Shown: positions 40,032-52,749, counted from the whole stretch's first letter. The stretch: DNA of 63,015 bases, filler included, from Rhabdomonas costata (GCA_019059605.1; 43 parts of 43 records of this genome joined end to end with filler, not necessarily neighbours in it), one strand, 5' to 3'. Numbers and translations: made by a program. The notes: generated by a model from the sequence alone, not told the origin.

Positions 40032-40625
40032 GCCTGCCCCTCGGGGTGCATCGGCGGCGGGGGACAGCCCCGGAGCAACGACCCCATGGTGCTGCAGAAG
40101 CGTATGGAGGCAATTTACAACCTGGACGGCAAGATGCCCCTGCGGTGAGTCGACTCCGCTCCCTATCACCACCCACCCTCTGCCTACTTCCTGCTCCCGC
40201 ACGCGGGCGCCCTCTCCGCGAGATGGGCGGTGTCTCTTCAACGGTACCGACTTCGCCAGACGCAGTTTGCGGCAACGGAAGTCGCCGATCGTCGGCAGTA
40301 TCATCTCTCGATCTCATCCGTCGCATCAAGAATCAACCATCTGCGAAGTAGAAAGCTTCTCTTTTTCCTATTGCACCTCATTTTCCGCACGTGCGCGCGC
40401 CTACACACGTCCGCACTTTCTTTACTTGCGCACAGCAAGAGCCACGAGAACCCTGCAATTACGAAGATTTATGCGGAGTTCTTCGAGAAGCCCGGCAGCC
40501 ACAAGTCCCACGAGCTTCTGCACACCCACTACACCGACCGCTCCCGCCGCGGCACCCCGGGTACGCCGGGCTCGCCAGGGCAGCTGGCACGGCGTTCTTC
40601 TAGCAGCCTGCTGAAGAAGGAGAAG
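40032..40625 (+). CDS. hydA: [FeFe]-hydrogenase, C-terminal part (H-cluster P3/L3 motif and small-subunit domain); exons 40032-40144, 40436-40625
   Basis: Spliced product ACPSGCIGGGGQPRSNDPMVLQKRMEAIYNLDGKMPLR|KSHENPAITKIYAEFFEKPGSHKSHELLHTHYTDRS. The intron is GTGAGT...CACAG in phase 2. The CxxGGGQP and KSHENP..HELLHTHY motifs fit true hydrogenases better than Nar1. Confidence 0.88.
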
Positions 40626-43227
40626 GTGCCTTATTCTCTCTTTATCTCTCTCTATGGGTTTGATTGTTTGGGCTCCACAGTTGCTCTTGGGCTGCGGTGA
40701 TTGCTACTGGATTGGGCGAAACCAACTCCTGTGTGTTCTCTTCCCCCCACTCTCGTGTTGTGACGTGCTACAGAAATGGCATGATAAAAGACAGAATATT
40801 CTGCGATGGGATTTCTCACCTCTCGAAAAAGCCCCCGAAACTTAAAACGGAGAAAAGAGAGGTTGGGAGATGAGCGTACAGTTCTTTTCTCTTCTCGGGG
40901 TTCTACCAGATGAGCCTATCTAGCCTCTGCATCCGACCTCCGGATCCTCACCAAACGTCGGGGGCCTCATCGGAAATGGGGGGGGGGATAGAACCTCTCA
41001 CTTTGGCTCAAAANNNNNNNNNNNNNNNNNNNNNNNNNNNNNNNNNNNNNNNNNNNNTTAATTAATTAANNNNNNNNNNNNNNNNNNNNNNNNNNNNNNN
41101 NNNNNNNNNNNNNGGGTGGTAGGGCGTGATTTTCAAGCGGCGAAGGCTCATTTTCGGATCGAATAATTCTCTTGGGTGATTCTAAGACAGTATGGCGACC
41201 GCACACTCGGCAGTGCAAATGAAACCCACCCTGCGCTTTTTGAAGCATTTCCGAAATCATTGCATCCTCAGTTTCATTTTCGATGTGTCGTTTTGTTGCA
41301 GCATTTCTTTTAAAACAAAATTACCCTCTCTTTTTCTGGAAGGGAGAAGCAATTCGGCCACCTGAGGTCGGGCTTGAGAACAGCTGAGCAGGTGGGCGCC
41401 CAGTGCCAGAACATGGCGTGTGGGGATCTGAGGAGGCCTCCGCGGTGGGCCGCAGCCCCCCTGGACCACCGCCTAGCCTAGGCACCTCCCGCGCAGCAGG
41501 AGCCACGAGGGGAGGACCCGGTCCAGCAAAGCCAGGGCTTGGGCGAGCCGCCGCGGGGGAAGGCACCTCCGAAGGCCCCGCACGAGAGGCAGGGAAACCG
41601 TTGTTGGGCGGGGCGCGAACGGAGAGTGCCGGAGAGGGGGCCGCAGGGAAAGGTGGCCGGATGGGAGCTCTTTGAGCTATTCTCGGCCTGTTGGGTTGGA
41701 TGACTGGGACCGTGCATGATTCGTCATATACAGTTCATAGAATACACTACAAAACAAACAACAAAAAATAAAGCACCGAACTGAGAAAGAAGAAACACTG
41801 CACTGTGGGCAGTATTAACTCTGGCCACCAGATCAACGCGTTGGAATGTGAGTCGGTGAGTGTAACTCAGTTTCGTAGTCTCTTGTGTGGAAATTCCGGC
41901 GGATTTGATCGGAGCTTTTAGGGTACTGCAAAAGAAAAACGACAAGGTCGTCTTATCCCCTCTCCACTCTTTTTCATAATACTCCCCCCCCCCCCCCCCC
42001 ACACACACAGTCCTTGAAACCTGTTGTGCAGAATGACAGATCCAACAACAAACGTCGTTGATAGGATTGAACTTCCCTCAAACAGACAAAAGCAGGTCGA
42101 TGAGCATTCCTTTCCTCTCATCCTACCTCCGTGCACGCGTGCCAACTCTGGGCCTGCCCTGCATTAATCCTTCAAGAAGAAGACTTCAAAAAGAAGAAAC
42201 CAGATTGAGCAAGCAGCTGAAACCTGGATTCTGGAGGTGCAAACGCTGCTGACGCCGGGACGTCAATGTTTCTCGCGAAGGTTTCGACAAATGAGGGCAG
42301 TGGACCACCCACCGCTGGAAATGCAAACCTGAGGCCCCACCCAGGAAGACCGCACAGAACCAAGGGCGTCACCTTGACTCATTGAGAAGAAAAAAGCAAG
42401 TCCCAGTCTATCGCCACAGCCCCGCAACACCCTTCTCCTCTGCCAGCAAAATACCCCACAAAACCAAACACACCCACCACNNNNNNNNNNNNNNNNNNNN
42501 NNNNNNNNNNNNNNNNNNNNNNNNTTAATTAATTAANNNNNNNNNNNNNNNNNNNNNNNNNNNNNNNNNNNNNNNNNNNNCGAAAAGCGAAAGAGGGTGA
42601 AAAGCGAGTGCTGCTCATTGTAAAAGACACTTGATTGACGTTTTTCGCATTCATTTGGGCTGAAGAAGAACTCAAACTTTGCAATGAGGTATAATGCGTG
42701 TGAAATGTTCACACCCCATGGTATTGAAATCACCACTTCCAGATATTATTCCATTGGTACGTAATATAAGGCCTAGGTAGAGGTGGAGTGGGAATATTGC
42801 TGGTGGCTTTTCTTGTTCACTGTGTGGTTTTTCTGCCGTCTTCGGCATGTAATGGAGCCTTGAAAAAGGTAACATCCTCGTGTTTGTTGCCGAAAGTCGA
42901 CCATTTTTGGCGTGTGGGCTTAGTGTTTTTCTTTGCCTTTCCACTGCCTCGTTTTTAAGCACATGTCTGGAGGCCAAAGTTTTGCAGGCACTGCGCATCA
43001 CAACCGCTTCATCTTCAATTTTCCCACTTCCCTGCTTCCCAGCTTCCGGACCAAACAGGATCCACTGTTGCAGCGCAATTACCACAGGAGCCAAAATACC
43101 CCTGACCCCTCATTTGCGAAGCGTTGCTCGTGGCTTCTAATCCGCAGGACCGTTGCCGTTGCCGTTGGTGCGTTTGGAATCTCTGCCGGGGGTTTTCCTT
43201 GAACCTTTCTTGTCTTGGCGTGCGCAG

Positions 43228-43746
43228 CATTTGTGGCTGTGGAAGAGGACGCCGAGGAGGTGGTGGTGGTGAAGGACGCGCCCCCGTTGCAGCGGAAGGC
43301 GGCGGAGCCCATCCGTGTGGTTGACCCCCACACCGGCCAATTGGTGCCCGCTGATCAGGTTGCCCTTCCATTGCCTCCTTTCTCTTTCTCTTTCCCATTG
43401 GATGCGCGCGTCTTTTGATGGGACTCTCCGTCTCCGGTGTGCTTGCTTTTCGGTCTTTGAATGGCAGAAACCACACACGCGAACAAACCGGCGTGGGGTT
43501 CTTTTTGCAGATCAGTGAGCACATGCGGATCAAGACGTTGGACCCGAAGTGGAAGGAGCAGCAGAAGCGCGAGCGAGAGAAGCAGTCCACCACAAACATC
43601 GCCCCCGACAGCGACATGGGCGGGGTGCTGTCCGCGTTTGCCTCGCGGCGTACGGATATCTTCGGAGATGTCGAGGGGGAGCTGGGCCAGAGCATGGACA
43701 CCCTGAAGAAGAAGCACGACAGCAAGCACGTCTGGGACGGCACAAA
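43228..43746 (+). CDS. SF3A1: Splicing factor 3A subunit 1 (SF3A1/Prp21), partial; exons 43228-43358, 43511-43746
   Basis: VVDPHTGQLVPADQ|ISEHMRIKTLDPKWKEQ...LSAFASRRTDIFG...VWDG matches the conserved EHMRI.LLDP.W.EQ and RRTDIFG blocks of SF3A1. Confidence 0.9.
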
Positions 43747-44239
43747 GTGTGCCTGCTCCCCCCCCCGCTCCTGCAGTTTCTGCAGTTTCACATTCATTCC
43801 TTGTGCTGTGCCTCTCTGCAGACACCGCGCTTTTTACAATTGTTCAGGAAGCTGTTCCGGTCGTTGCAATTGTTTTTTTAAAACATGAAGTTGACGGCAG
43901 CAATGCGGCGTATCAGTGTCAGGCACCCCAACAACCCAAACACACCCNNNNNNNNNNNNNNNNNNNNNNNNNNNNNNNNNNNNNNNNNNNNTTAATTAAT
44001 TAANNNNNNNNNNNNNNNNNNNNNNNNNNNNNNNNNNNNNNNNNNNNGGGGGTGGGGTGGTTAAAAACTACGTGTTGTCCGTAAGAGAAGTCCCAGTGTG
44101 AAGGAAGGGTGGGTGAGTGGAGATGGATTTCTCATGCAATCCATGCAATAGGAATGTCAGGGTTTCCCCCGCTTCACCAGTGCGCTGGGAACACGGCTAA
44201 AAAACAGCATGGCATAGTCCAATAGGTTCGGCAATACCC

Positions 44240-45414
44240 CGTCCAGCTGGGTGACATTGATCTGCACCGGCACAATAGAAGTGCCCTCCATAAGGCTCGA
44301 GGCGGCAGTGCTCAGCACCGAGGGCTTGGTGTCCTGGAAGGCCACGTCGAAGGTGATCTGCCCGGTCACCGGGGCGTACTCCAGGTCCGCCTCGAACTCG
44401 GGGCTCTGCGTCACGGTGTAGGTAAAACTGGAGTAGCCCAGACCCCACCCCGTGCCTGCGCTCTCGAAGACCAGAGCGCAGCCCCGGTTGCGGAGCGGAG
44501 TGCCGGACTCGTTGATGGGCACCTGGGGCAGGGAGGTCGCCAACTCCCCAGGCTGATACAGCGTACCTGCGTGGACGAGGTGGGGTTCCTGCGACCGGTC
44601 CCGCTATTTTCAGAGAGCTCAGCGCGGTCGAAACGAGTGAAGAATAAAATTGGCCTCCTGGAAGTGCATATTTCGAAATCATGCATCTTTCGAAAACAGT
44701 GACTGCTAGATACCCCAGCGGGTATTCGACCAGATCTGCCGATCTGCCTCGAGACATCATCAAAGGAGATGCTTGCTGATTCGGAAATCTCGATGCTACT
44801 CTCCATCCACAACCGCGAAAGACACTTTGTTTTTCAAGGCCAATCAGGTGGAGCGAGAGATTACTGGAGGTGTGGGGTTACCTTCTAAGGGCAGATTGGC
44901 CATGGTGCACTGCAGCGCGTCGTGGTTTCCCGTGGAGACGGGAAGTACAAACCCAAAGGGCATTCCACTCATCGCCGTTAAAGTCACGTTTGCGGCAACG
45001 GGGGGGTCCCTCCCCCACACAACAAACCGCCCCTGCAGGAAACCGGAAGTAGAGACGTGGACGCCCCGAAACAGTTGTCGCAAGGAAAAGCCATCATGCA
45101 TCGATCACGGTGTCAGTTAAGCCGCGAACAAAAAATCAGCTTCACAACTAGGCTTGCAAGATATAGCGAATTTACAATCGTTCGGAAGTGAAACCACCGC
45201 ATCATCATCTTACAAACACCGTGAAGGCGCTGCCGCAGCCGACGCACGACGCAGAAAAACAAGGCTACAGCGCAGGCAGCCAACCTCAACGGCCGTCCCG
45301 TTGATGTCCAACCCGCGATACACGATCTCCCCGGTGGTGAACGCGGAATCGTTGCAGTAGAACACAAGCGTCGAGTCCAACGCAACCGTGTCCATGACAG
45401 CCAAAGCCAACCCC
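44240..45414 (-). CDS. Ig-like/cadherin-like repeat surface protein, partial (three exons)
   Basis: NVTLTAMSGMPFGFVLPV...CTMANLPLE|GTLYQPG...LVFESAGTGWGLGYSSFTYTVT...GQITFDV shows the LP..GTLY and Y.SFTY.V pattern of bacterial-type Ig-like (Big_9/tandem-95) repeats. Confidence 0.55.
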
Positions 45415-45514
45415 NNNNNNNNNNNNNNNNNNNNNNNNNNNNNNNNNNNNNNNNNNNNTTAATTAATTAANNNNNNNNNNNNNNNNNNNNNNNNNNNNNN
45501 NNNNNNNNNNNNNN

Positions 45515-46479
45515 TGTTGTGTGTGAGATGCTCGTGGGGAAGTACTGCGTAACGTTCGGCGACGAGATCTCCACTGGGCTGGACAGGTGCGTTGTGGTGG
45601 GGTTCAGCAAAGCAGAAGTATGAAATCCGGTATACACTCAGTTGTTTACCCGCGGCCTGCAAAAATCGACGCCTCCGACGGATGAAAAACTTAGTCATCT
45701 CCTGCCGAAAGCTTGAGATCAGTTATTCGCCAGAAAGGGGCAGGAGAGGAGCTCATACCGAAGTGGGAAGGCCTCAATGGCCACCAAACACAAGCACTCT
45801 GAAACAGGGTTGCTGCTCCAGCTCCAGCTTTCCCTTCCCGAAAGCAATTTATGCCAAAGTCCAGGAACAACGGGGTGCTAGCAGTTCCAACGGGCTGTAT
45901 TTTGCTGACAGCTGCTCCTTTAGCCTCGCGTGAGCCACCGACCGGCAAGGTGATGCCTGGCAATCCCACCGACTGAGCGATGAACTCCATTCCGGGCTGC
46001 CCGAGGTGTCCAAAAGAAAATATGGAAATCGCGGCAGGAGTGAGTGCTTGTGGCACGACACCACTTCGGCGTATTTCGCCCTCTTCTGGTTTCTTTGCTT
46101 GCCACTGCCCCCAAAGCACCCAAGAGGCTCGGGTCCAGCTTGAGGCGAGAGGATGTGTCACCAGCTTTGGTGGGCCTCCAGGCCAGCGAGCCATGAGGAG
46201 GCGCAGGTGCTGTTTCCAAGAACCACGTTTTGTCCACGGAAATGCCCGCAGACCATGAACCGCGGAGCTCCACAAATCGTATTGTACACCTTCCTTGAAC
46301 AGGAGGCGCCCGAACGATCCTGTGCATATGTCCCGCACTTTTCCAGTGCCTCTACCTTCGAGATGTGCTCTGCGCTGCGCGCCGAGTGCCACATCGTGGG
46401 CCACGGGCTGGTGGTGACTCTTCTGCAGCCCCCGCCGGAGGTAGTGAAGCTCTTCGACTATGTCATGCTGTTCCACCAG
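45515..46479 (+). CDS. ABCG/PDR-type ABC transporter nucleotide-binding domain, partial; exons <45515-45586, 46347-46479
   Basis: EMLVGKYCVTFGDEISTGLDS|ASTFEMCSALRAECHIVGHGLVVTLLQPPPEVVKLFDYVMLFHQ contains the PDR NBD1 Walker B/D-loop (EMLVG...DEISTGLDS) and the LLQP.PE...LFD motif. The intron is GT-AG in phase 2. Confidence 0.9.
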
Positions 46480-49400
46480 GTGTCTCTATGCCCTCCATTG
46501 TCCTTTGGGGCCCAATGGAAGGTGAGGGGATTTTAGCAGAAAAGTGCCTCAAAAATCATATTGAATTAATTTGAAACGGTAGGTAAAATTTGCTCTGTTT
46601 TTGTGCAAGGGGGTTGGGTGCAGATTGCCAGTACTCCCTGGATGAGTGTTTTTGCTTACTATCTGAAAATTGCTGCTGGCTGATGACTTGCAAATGGCTG
46701 GGATATGGCCGAAGGAGCAGGACAGAATGAGTTTACGGACGAAGGCCAGTCCGTGCCGCGGCGGGAGCGGACCGTGATCTTTTCACGACATTTTAAAGTA
46801 TATTCCCAAATAATAAAATAACATGGTCGCCATTATAAGGTGAACCGTCACCAATACCCCCCCCCCATGCACCCACCAACCNNNNNNNNNNNNNNNNNNN
46901 NNNNNNNNNNNNNNNNNNNNNNNNNTTAATTAATTAANNNNNNNNNNNNNNNNNNNNNNNNNNNNNNNNNNNNNNNNNNNNGGATGCATGAAGTACTCCA
47001 CGGTGTCCAGCCGCGATGTCAGCGCCGCTTGGTTCCGGCAAGGACGAAACATCCACTGCCTGCGACCCCCGTCGTCCCACCCTCCCTCCGACAAATTCCT
47101 CTCCTAGCGACCTGGGGTGGCTCAACCACAGTCAAGAGCGGAATTCAGCTCTGGTCTTGCAGCAGAACTCGCTCATACGATGAAGCCCGTTTGTTTTTCA
47201 AGAGGGCCGTGCGCGATGGTGAGCCACCCTACTGCAAGTGCGAGCACTCAACAGACGGCGCTGGCAAAAGTGAAAAACGGCGAAAGGCGAAAGAGAGAGA
47301 GAGAGAGAGAGCAAAAACCTCAGCAGCTGCGCCCCGATGGTGGATCGCGTCCGATTCAGGAGGCCGTAGAGAGAGTGGCCCTCCTTGGAGTGGCCAATGC
47401 CTGGTGAAAGTCAATCACTCAAAACCACGCGACTGAACACATCAGTCAGATAACTAACGCCAAACTTCAAATAAAATAAAAATAAAGATTGAACGAGGTA
47501 AAAGAAAAAACGGAAGCTGTTTTATAAGTCAGCGAACGAAACGGGGAGGTACGGAACACTTCGAAAGCCCAGCTTGAAAAGCCGCAAAACTCAAGGGCAA
47601 ACACACACACCTTGGTCAGCTGCAGGATGCCTCTGAATTTTGAAAATCTGAATTAAAAAAAAAGCGAGGGATGCGGTTCCCCTGCCCAATTCTTCAAGGG
47701 CGATGGGACCCACCGCAAGAACAGCAGACCTGCAACGCATTCAGCGTGCTCACGTCGACATTCATGACACCGCACCTGTGAAGTGAAGAAAAAAACACAG
47801 AGCCTGAGAAAGGTGAGATTTTGAAAAGAGAGAAAACAGGGCAGCACAAAATATGGAGCGGGGAGGGCAGAAATTAAATTGGGAAGTTGCTTCAAAGAGC
47901 TGAAAAGTTGAAAAGCATACAGCACAAGAAGGAGACGAGGAGCGGACCAGGATAAGAGTGTGAAAATGTGACGAAGTGCGAAGATGGTTGCACGCAAATC
48001 AACGTTGGGAGGGAGGGCTCGAGGGGGGTGGGGAGCTCCACCCAACATACATTGCGCACTGAACGATCCCCCGTATCTGAGCAAAACTAGCAGATGGCGT
48101 TTTCAGGAGGTGGCTCAGCAGGGCTCCTGCAGCGCGAACCTTTGGAGGGGGGAGGCTTTGGGGGATAGCAAAAAAAAGGGGAAAGAGACAAAGATCATGA
48201 GCGAGAAAGAGCAACCGGAACCTTAACGAAGACGTCCAAGCGCACGGCTGTCAAGCAAATGCGATGGTGAAGAAAAAGCTTATGGGCCCAGATAAGTTCA
48301 GTCCCTGCCAGCTGCTGGACTAGTCCGTTGATATTCACTTGATCTTAANNNNNNNNNNNNNNNNNNNNNNNNNNNNNNNNNNNNNNNNNNNNTTAATTAA
48401 TTAANNNNNNNNNNNNNNNNNNNNNNNNNNNNNNNNNNNNNNNNNNNNGTTTGGTGTGTGGGGTAATTGGCGATGCCTGTATATGCGTGTGTGACAGTTT
48501 TTTTTGGTGATTTGGAAAACGCCTCGTTTGGACACTGTGATACGCTTCCCCGAGTTAGATCCGAAAGGGGTTGAGGAATCCGTTGGAACATTTCATATCA
48601 GCCGCGCACAAAACTGGTGTCATTGTTGACTTATCCCGCACTTGTTTAAAAACGTCGCTATGCAAAACTAACGACGGGTTTAAATGAGACATGTGCAATT
48701 CTGCATGTTCTTCAAAATGGCAGGATCAACGATTGTGATAAAGTGTTATGAACTTCGAACTTCTCTGATGCCTTGTCCTGAATTGGAAGTGGAGGAGTGG
48801 CACGCGAAAAGTGCTCTGATTTTAAGTTGGTTGATGGAGTTTTCCCTCCTTCTCGTCTACTAATCTAACGGTTGGTGAGGCCCCCACCCCGCAGGACACG
48901 GGCGTAAGTGCATCTTTGATCCTCCTCCCGCTGGAAAGTGGATAAGTTGCATTTTGGATGCCCCCAATAATGATTGGGTCAAAGTACTTTCCCTCCCCTC
49001 CCAAGAAGTTGATTGGAGACGACTTCAGGACCCTAGCAATATGCTTCTCGCAGGGAATTAAAGGATGATCTGCGGGTCCTAAGGGAGTGCTTATGGGTCT
49101 CGTACTCAGAGGGCGATGCACCCTCTGGTGTTGCGCCACGAAGAGGCGCAGCGAAGCGGATTCCCAGGTTATTGCAGAATTGGTTCCCGCATGCACATAT
49201 GCACATGCAGCTGCGTATATTAAGGAAAGCTAAAGTAAGGTTCAAGCCAGGTAATCTGTATCAACGAGGAGATCCGAAAAGAGCCTTCGCCAGCATTTGT
49301 CCCCGAACTCTACGTTATGTTACAAGTCAGATTCACCTTCTGATGCATCGAAACATGGATAGGCGGAGCATTGTGCTGTCGTATGACTTTTGGAGCCTAA

Positions 49401-49488
49401 AAGTGTGTTCCGATCGGGTGGTGACTTTTATGAGTTGTGCATGCTTTCAGATTTCAGTGTAGTCTTTTTGTGCGATTTTCCTTCTGCA

Positions 49489-49815
49489 ATGGATGCCACT
49501 GCCCTCCACCATCCTGTGGTTTGGTCTGCGGCCTATGCTGTTGGCATTGATATGATAGATCGTCAGCACCGGCAGCTTTTCCAAGTCATTGAGAGCCTCC
49601 GGCGCGCCATTGTCAACAGTGAGGGGCAGGAAACGCTGCGGAACTGCCTGGGCAGCGTGCTCGACACGTGCTTTTTCCACTTTCAGAATGAGGAGAAGCT
49701 AATGCGGGTTGTGGCGTTTCCGGCGTTCCAGCAGCACGCGGCGCAGCACACAGCTTTTCAGAATCAGATGGCCGAGCACACGGAGCAGCTTGAGGCAGGA
49801 ACTCTCACCCCCACC
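49489..49815 (+). CDS. Hemerythrin (bacteriohemerythrin-like) domain protein, 3' partial
   Basis: WSAAYAVGIDMIDRQHRQLF...HFQNEEKLMRVVAFPAFQQHAAQH contains the W...y.vG...ID.QH, HF..EE..M and H...H iron-ligand motifs. Confidence 0.9.
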
Positions 49816-50041
49816 NNNNNNNNNNNNNNNNNNNNNNNNNNNNNNNNNNNNNNNNNNNNTTAATTAATTAANNNNNNNNNNNNNNNNNNNNNNNNNNNNN
49901 NNNNNNNNNNNNNNNTTGTCAGGGGACATTGCTTATAACACTGAGTCACGCGCTTTTGTTACTGGGTATGAAATGCCTAACCACCCTTCCGCACACCTTG
50001 CTGTCTGGGCCCACCAGAATAATTTTTGTCGCGGGGTCGAC

Positions 50042-51230
50042 CTTCCCCTTCAGCTGGACCCGAGCCACCATCAGGGTAGCCCCAGGGGCGGTGTGCCGGA
50101 AGAGCTCCGGGAGTGCCCCAGTGGGCTCCCCCAGGTCCACAGTGAATACCGCGGTGGATCCCGCGCCGGCGGCCCGCCCTGTGGCCCCCAGAAGGCGGTT
50201 GTACGTCGCGATGTGGTGGAGCAGAAGGGTGAGGTGGGGGAGCAGGCCCGCAGCCAGGTTGACGGCAGGGAGAGGGGGCAGGGACTGCAGCAGCAGATGG
50301 GCTTCCATCGAGGAAGAGGAGCTGGAGTTGGAGCTAGAGCTTGTCGGATACGGAGAACCCGCGGAGAGGATTTTCACAAAGGACAGCATCAGCGGAAACA
50401 GCACCCCGGTGATCTGAAACCCAGTGGGAGCAGTGGGGTATAACAACATCTCATAGAATTGCCCCACCATCGACCTCACAAAAATTCGTGCTGGAGGGGG
50501 GCTCTCTGGCTCTCTGGGCTGCTGTTGGAAAGAGATGCGATTCCGCAGCTGTGCCCATTGTCAAAACTCAACTTGGGTGAGGGTGGGTAAGGGACCCCGC
50601 ACTCACTCAAAGTCACCAAAACAAGAGGAAGGGTATGCGCGAAGGAAAGATATAAGTTTATACGGCAGCCCGCTGCGGATCTCCTGGAAGCCTCTAGCAT
50701 CAGCCTCTAGCAAGCAGGATACAAAGAAACGTGTGCGACTGCGGACGTCAACTTTCTCATTCGGTTCATTAATCGCCCGTCCCTCTTCCAAGCACATAAG
50801 ATCTCCCCTTCAACCTCGCTGACTCAGCAGACCAGTTCAAAAAACCCTCTGGGGGGGAGGGTGCACTTTAGTTAGATCCCTGTGGACCTTTCTCAGCACC
50901 CGGGACAGGACCTGTCACACCCCGATTTTATATGAAAACAGATGCACACACGCAGCAGACAAAGAGAAGGACTTAACAGAGACATACGATGGATGCCGAG
51001 CACAGGCTGTCCACCTGGGCCACTGAGCCAGGGTGCCGCGACAGCAGCTCACAGCTGCGGCTCAAGATCTCAATGCTATGGCCCATAACGGCGGAGAAGA
51101 GCTCCCGCAGGGCTTGCAGCTGGGAGGCCACCATGGGGTCCTGGGAGCGTCCGAGGAGCATCGCGGGAAGCACTCTGGAGGCGCCCAGCGTCCCACTGCC
51201 CAACGGCCTGCGAGGACAGCCAACCACATT
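50042..51230 (-). CDS. Hypothetical multi-exon protein
   Basis: GC3-rich frames ASRVLPAMLLGRSQDPMVASQLQALRELFSAVMGHSIEILSRSCELL and ITGVLFPLMLSFVKIL...TLMVARVQLKGK with AG/GT borders. No family recognised. Confidence 0.5.
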
Positions 51231-51817
51231 CGTTCAAAATGAGGGGGAGAGGGACACCAAATCGACACAGATACAACAACCCNNNNNNNNNNNNNNNNNN
51301 NNNNNNNNNNNNNNNNNNNNNNNNNNTTAATTAATTAANNNNNNNNNNNNNNNNNNNNNNNNNNNNNNNNNNNNNNNNNNNNCGCTCTCTTCGCGATGTA
51401 TGCGAACAAGCGTGTTTCCTCATTTCGTCTTTGCTTCATTATGGATTTCTTTCAGCACCCGTCAATCCTTCGAGTACCCTTCAGTCCTGTGCCATGTGGA
51501 TTTGCTGACAGGTTCCCTAGAAGCATCTTGAAGGGTCCGATGCGGTTCTTTCAGTGCCAATTTCATACGCGTTTGCAAGGGCCTGGTTGGACCTTTGCAG
51601 GTGTGTATACTGAGGCCGGTGCTACTCAGCAAACTTGAGGGTAAAGAAGTACTTTAATGCTTGCACCAAAGTGGGCCGCAATGCTTCGGATAGTAGGGGC
51701 CTTTCCGGGTGATTTTGGGTTATTTTATAATCCTTTGGTATGAAACTTGTCGGTGGGTGCCTGTTGGCGGGGGCCAAGCAGCTGTGGCGCCTTGTGTTTA
51801 GTGCGAGCGTTCTTCAG

Positions 51818-52749
51818 CCCCAGCCAGTTGCCCTTGTTGCCGGACAGCCCGTGGAAGCGCTGGAAGCCCGATCGCCCCGGGGTTGCCGCGGACAAAAAGG
51901 AGCTTCTCAAGGTGTTTTGTGCAGCTCTCAAATCAGTTGTGACCTTGACACTACCCCTGATTAACCCTTTCCCCTCCCCCAAGTCCGACGTGTGCCGGTA
52001 CATTTATCATGGTTTCTGTGAGGTGTTGCTTGCTGATTGTGATGCGTTCTTTAGAATGACTCCAAGCTGCCCAACGGAGACGCTGCGGAGGAGGAACTCG
52101 ACGACGACGACGACGCGGATGGGGACCTGGGATACTCCGAGCACAACCGTCACGACGGCCGAGCAGCAGATGCGATGGTGTGTCTGTGTGTATGTGTATG
52201 GGGGTCTTGTTCAAGACACAATTTAAGAAGATTCGGCCCGGAGCCGGCGACCCCCGACCAGAAGCTGAATGAGTCCGGTTCGCGAGCCGGGTGTGAAATC
52301 CGTGCGGGGCCACACACGCCGCCAGTTGCCAGGGGTCAGAAACCGCTGGACCATGAGATAAAAACATCCCCCTGTTCAACTCCGAAAGGATGCCAATCCA
52401 TCCACACAAACACCAGTGTGTCTTGTTTAAGTGTGAATATGCTTGTGCGCCTGAGATGGGTAAGATGAGACTCACACGCTGGAGGTCCAAAAAAAAGGAC
52501 AATAGGGCGGCATCCATAAAGGATGGGTCTGGATTTTCACATCCACGAATGCGAATGCGATAAACGAAGCCTGAAAGTCAACAAACTGGAAATGCCAGGT
52601 TCTTGGCCAAAGATGGGTATTGCCTGGCGCTGTACTGGGCGAATCATTTCCGAATCCCCACCTCGCCCTTTCACCACCCCGTGTACCTCATCTCCACAGG
52701 CTCGGTGCCCCAGCTACAAGCTTCTGGCCGCTGTGGCGTCTCTGCAGAC
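51818..52749 (+). CDS. Hypothetical multi-exon protein with an acidic tract
   Basis: PSQLPLLPDSPWKRWKPDRPGVAADKKELLK|NDSKLPNGDAAEEELDDDDDADG...ADAM|ARCPSYKLLAAVASLQ, with GT-AG borders. Confidence 0.45.

Noticed and set aside
39767-40614. Long ORFs in the track over this region (194 aa, 228 aa) and most other listed ORFs
   Set aside because: They are shadow frames in GC-rich or intronic DNA. The real hydrogenase exons lie in other frames.
39647-49815. Apparent clustering of hydrogenase, ABC transporter and hemerythrin as an operon-like system
   Set aside because: They lie on separate contigs that appear to be ordered by length, so proximity has no biological meaning.
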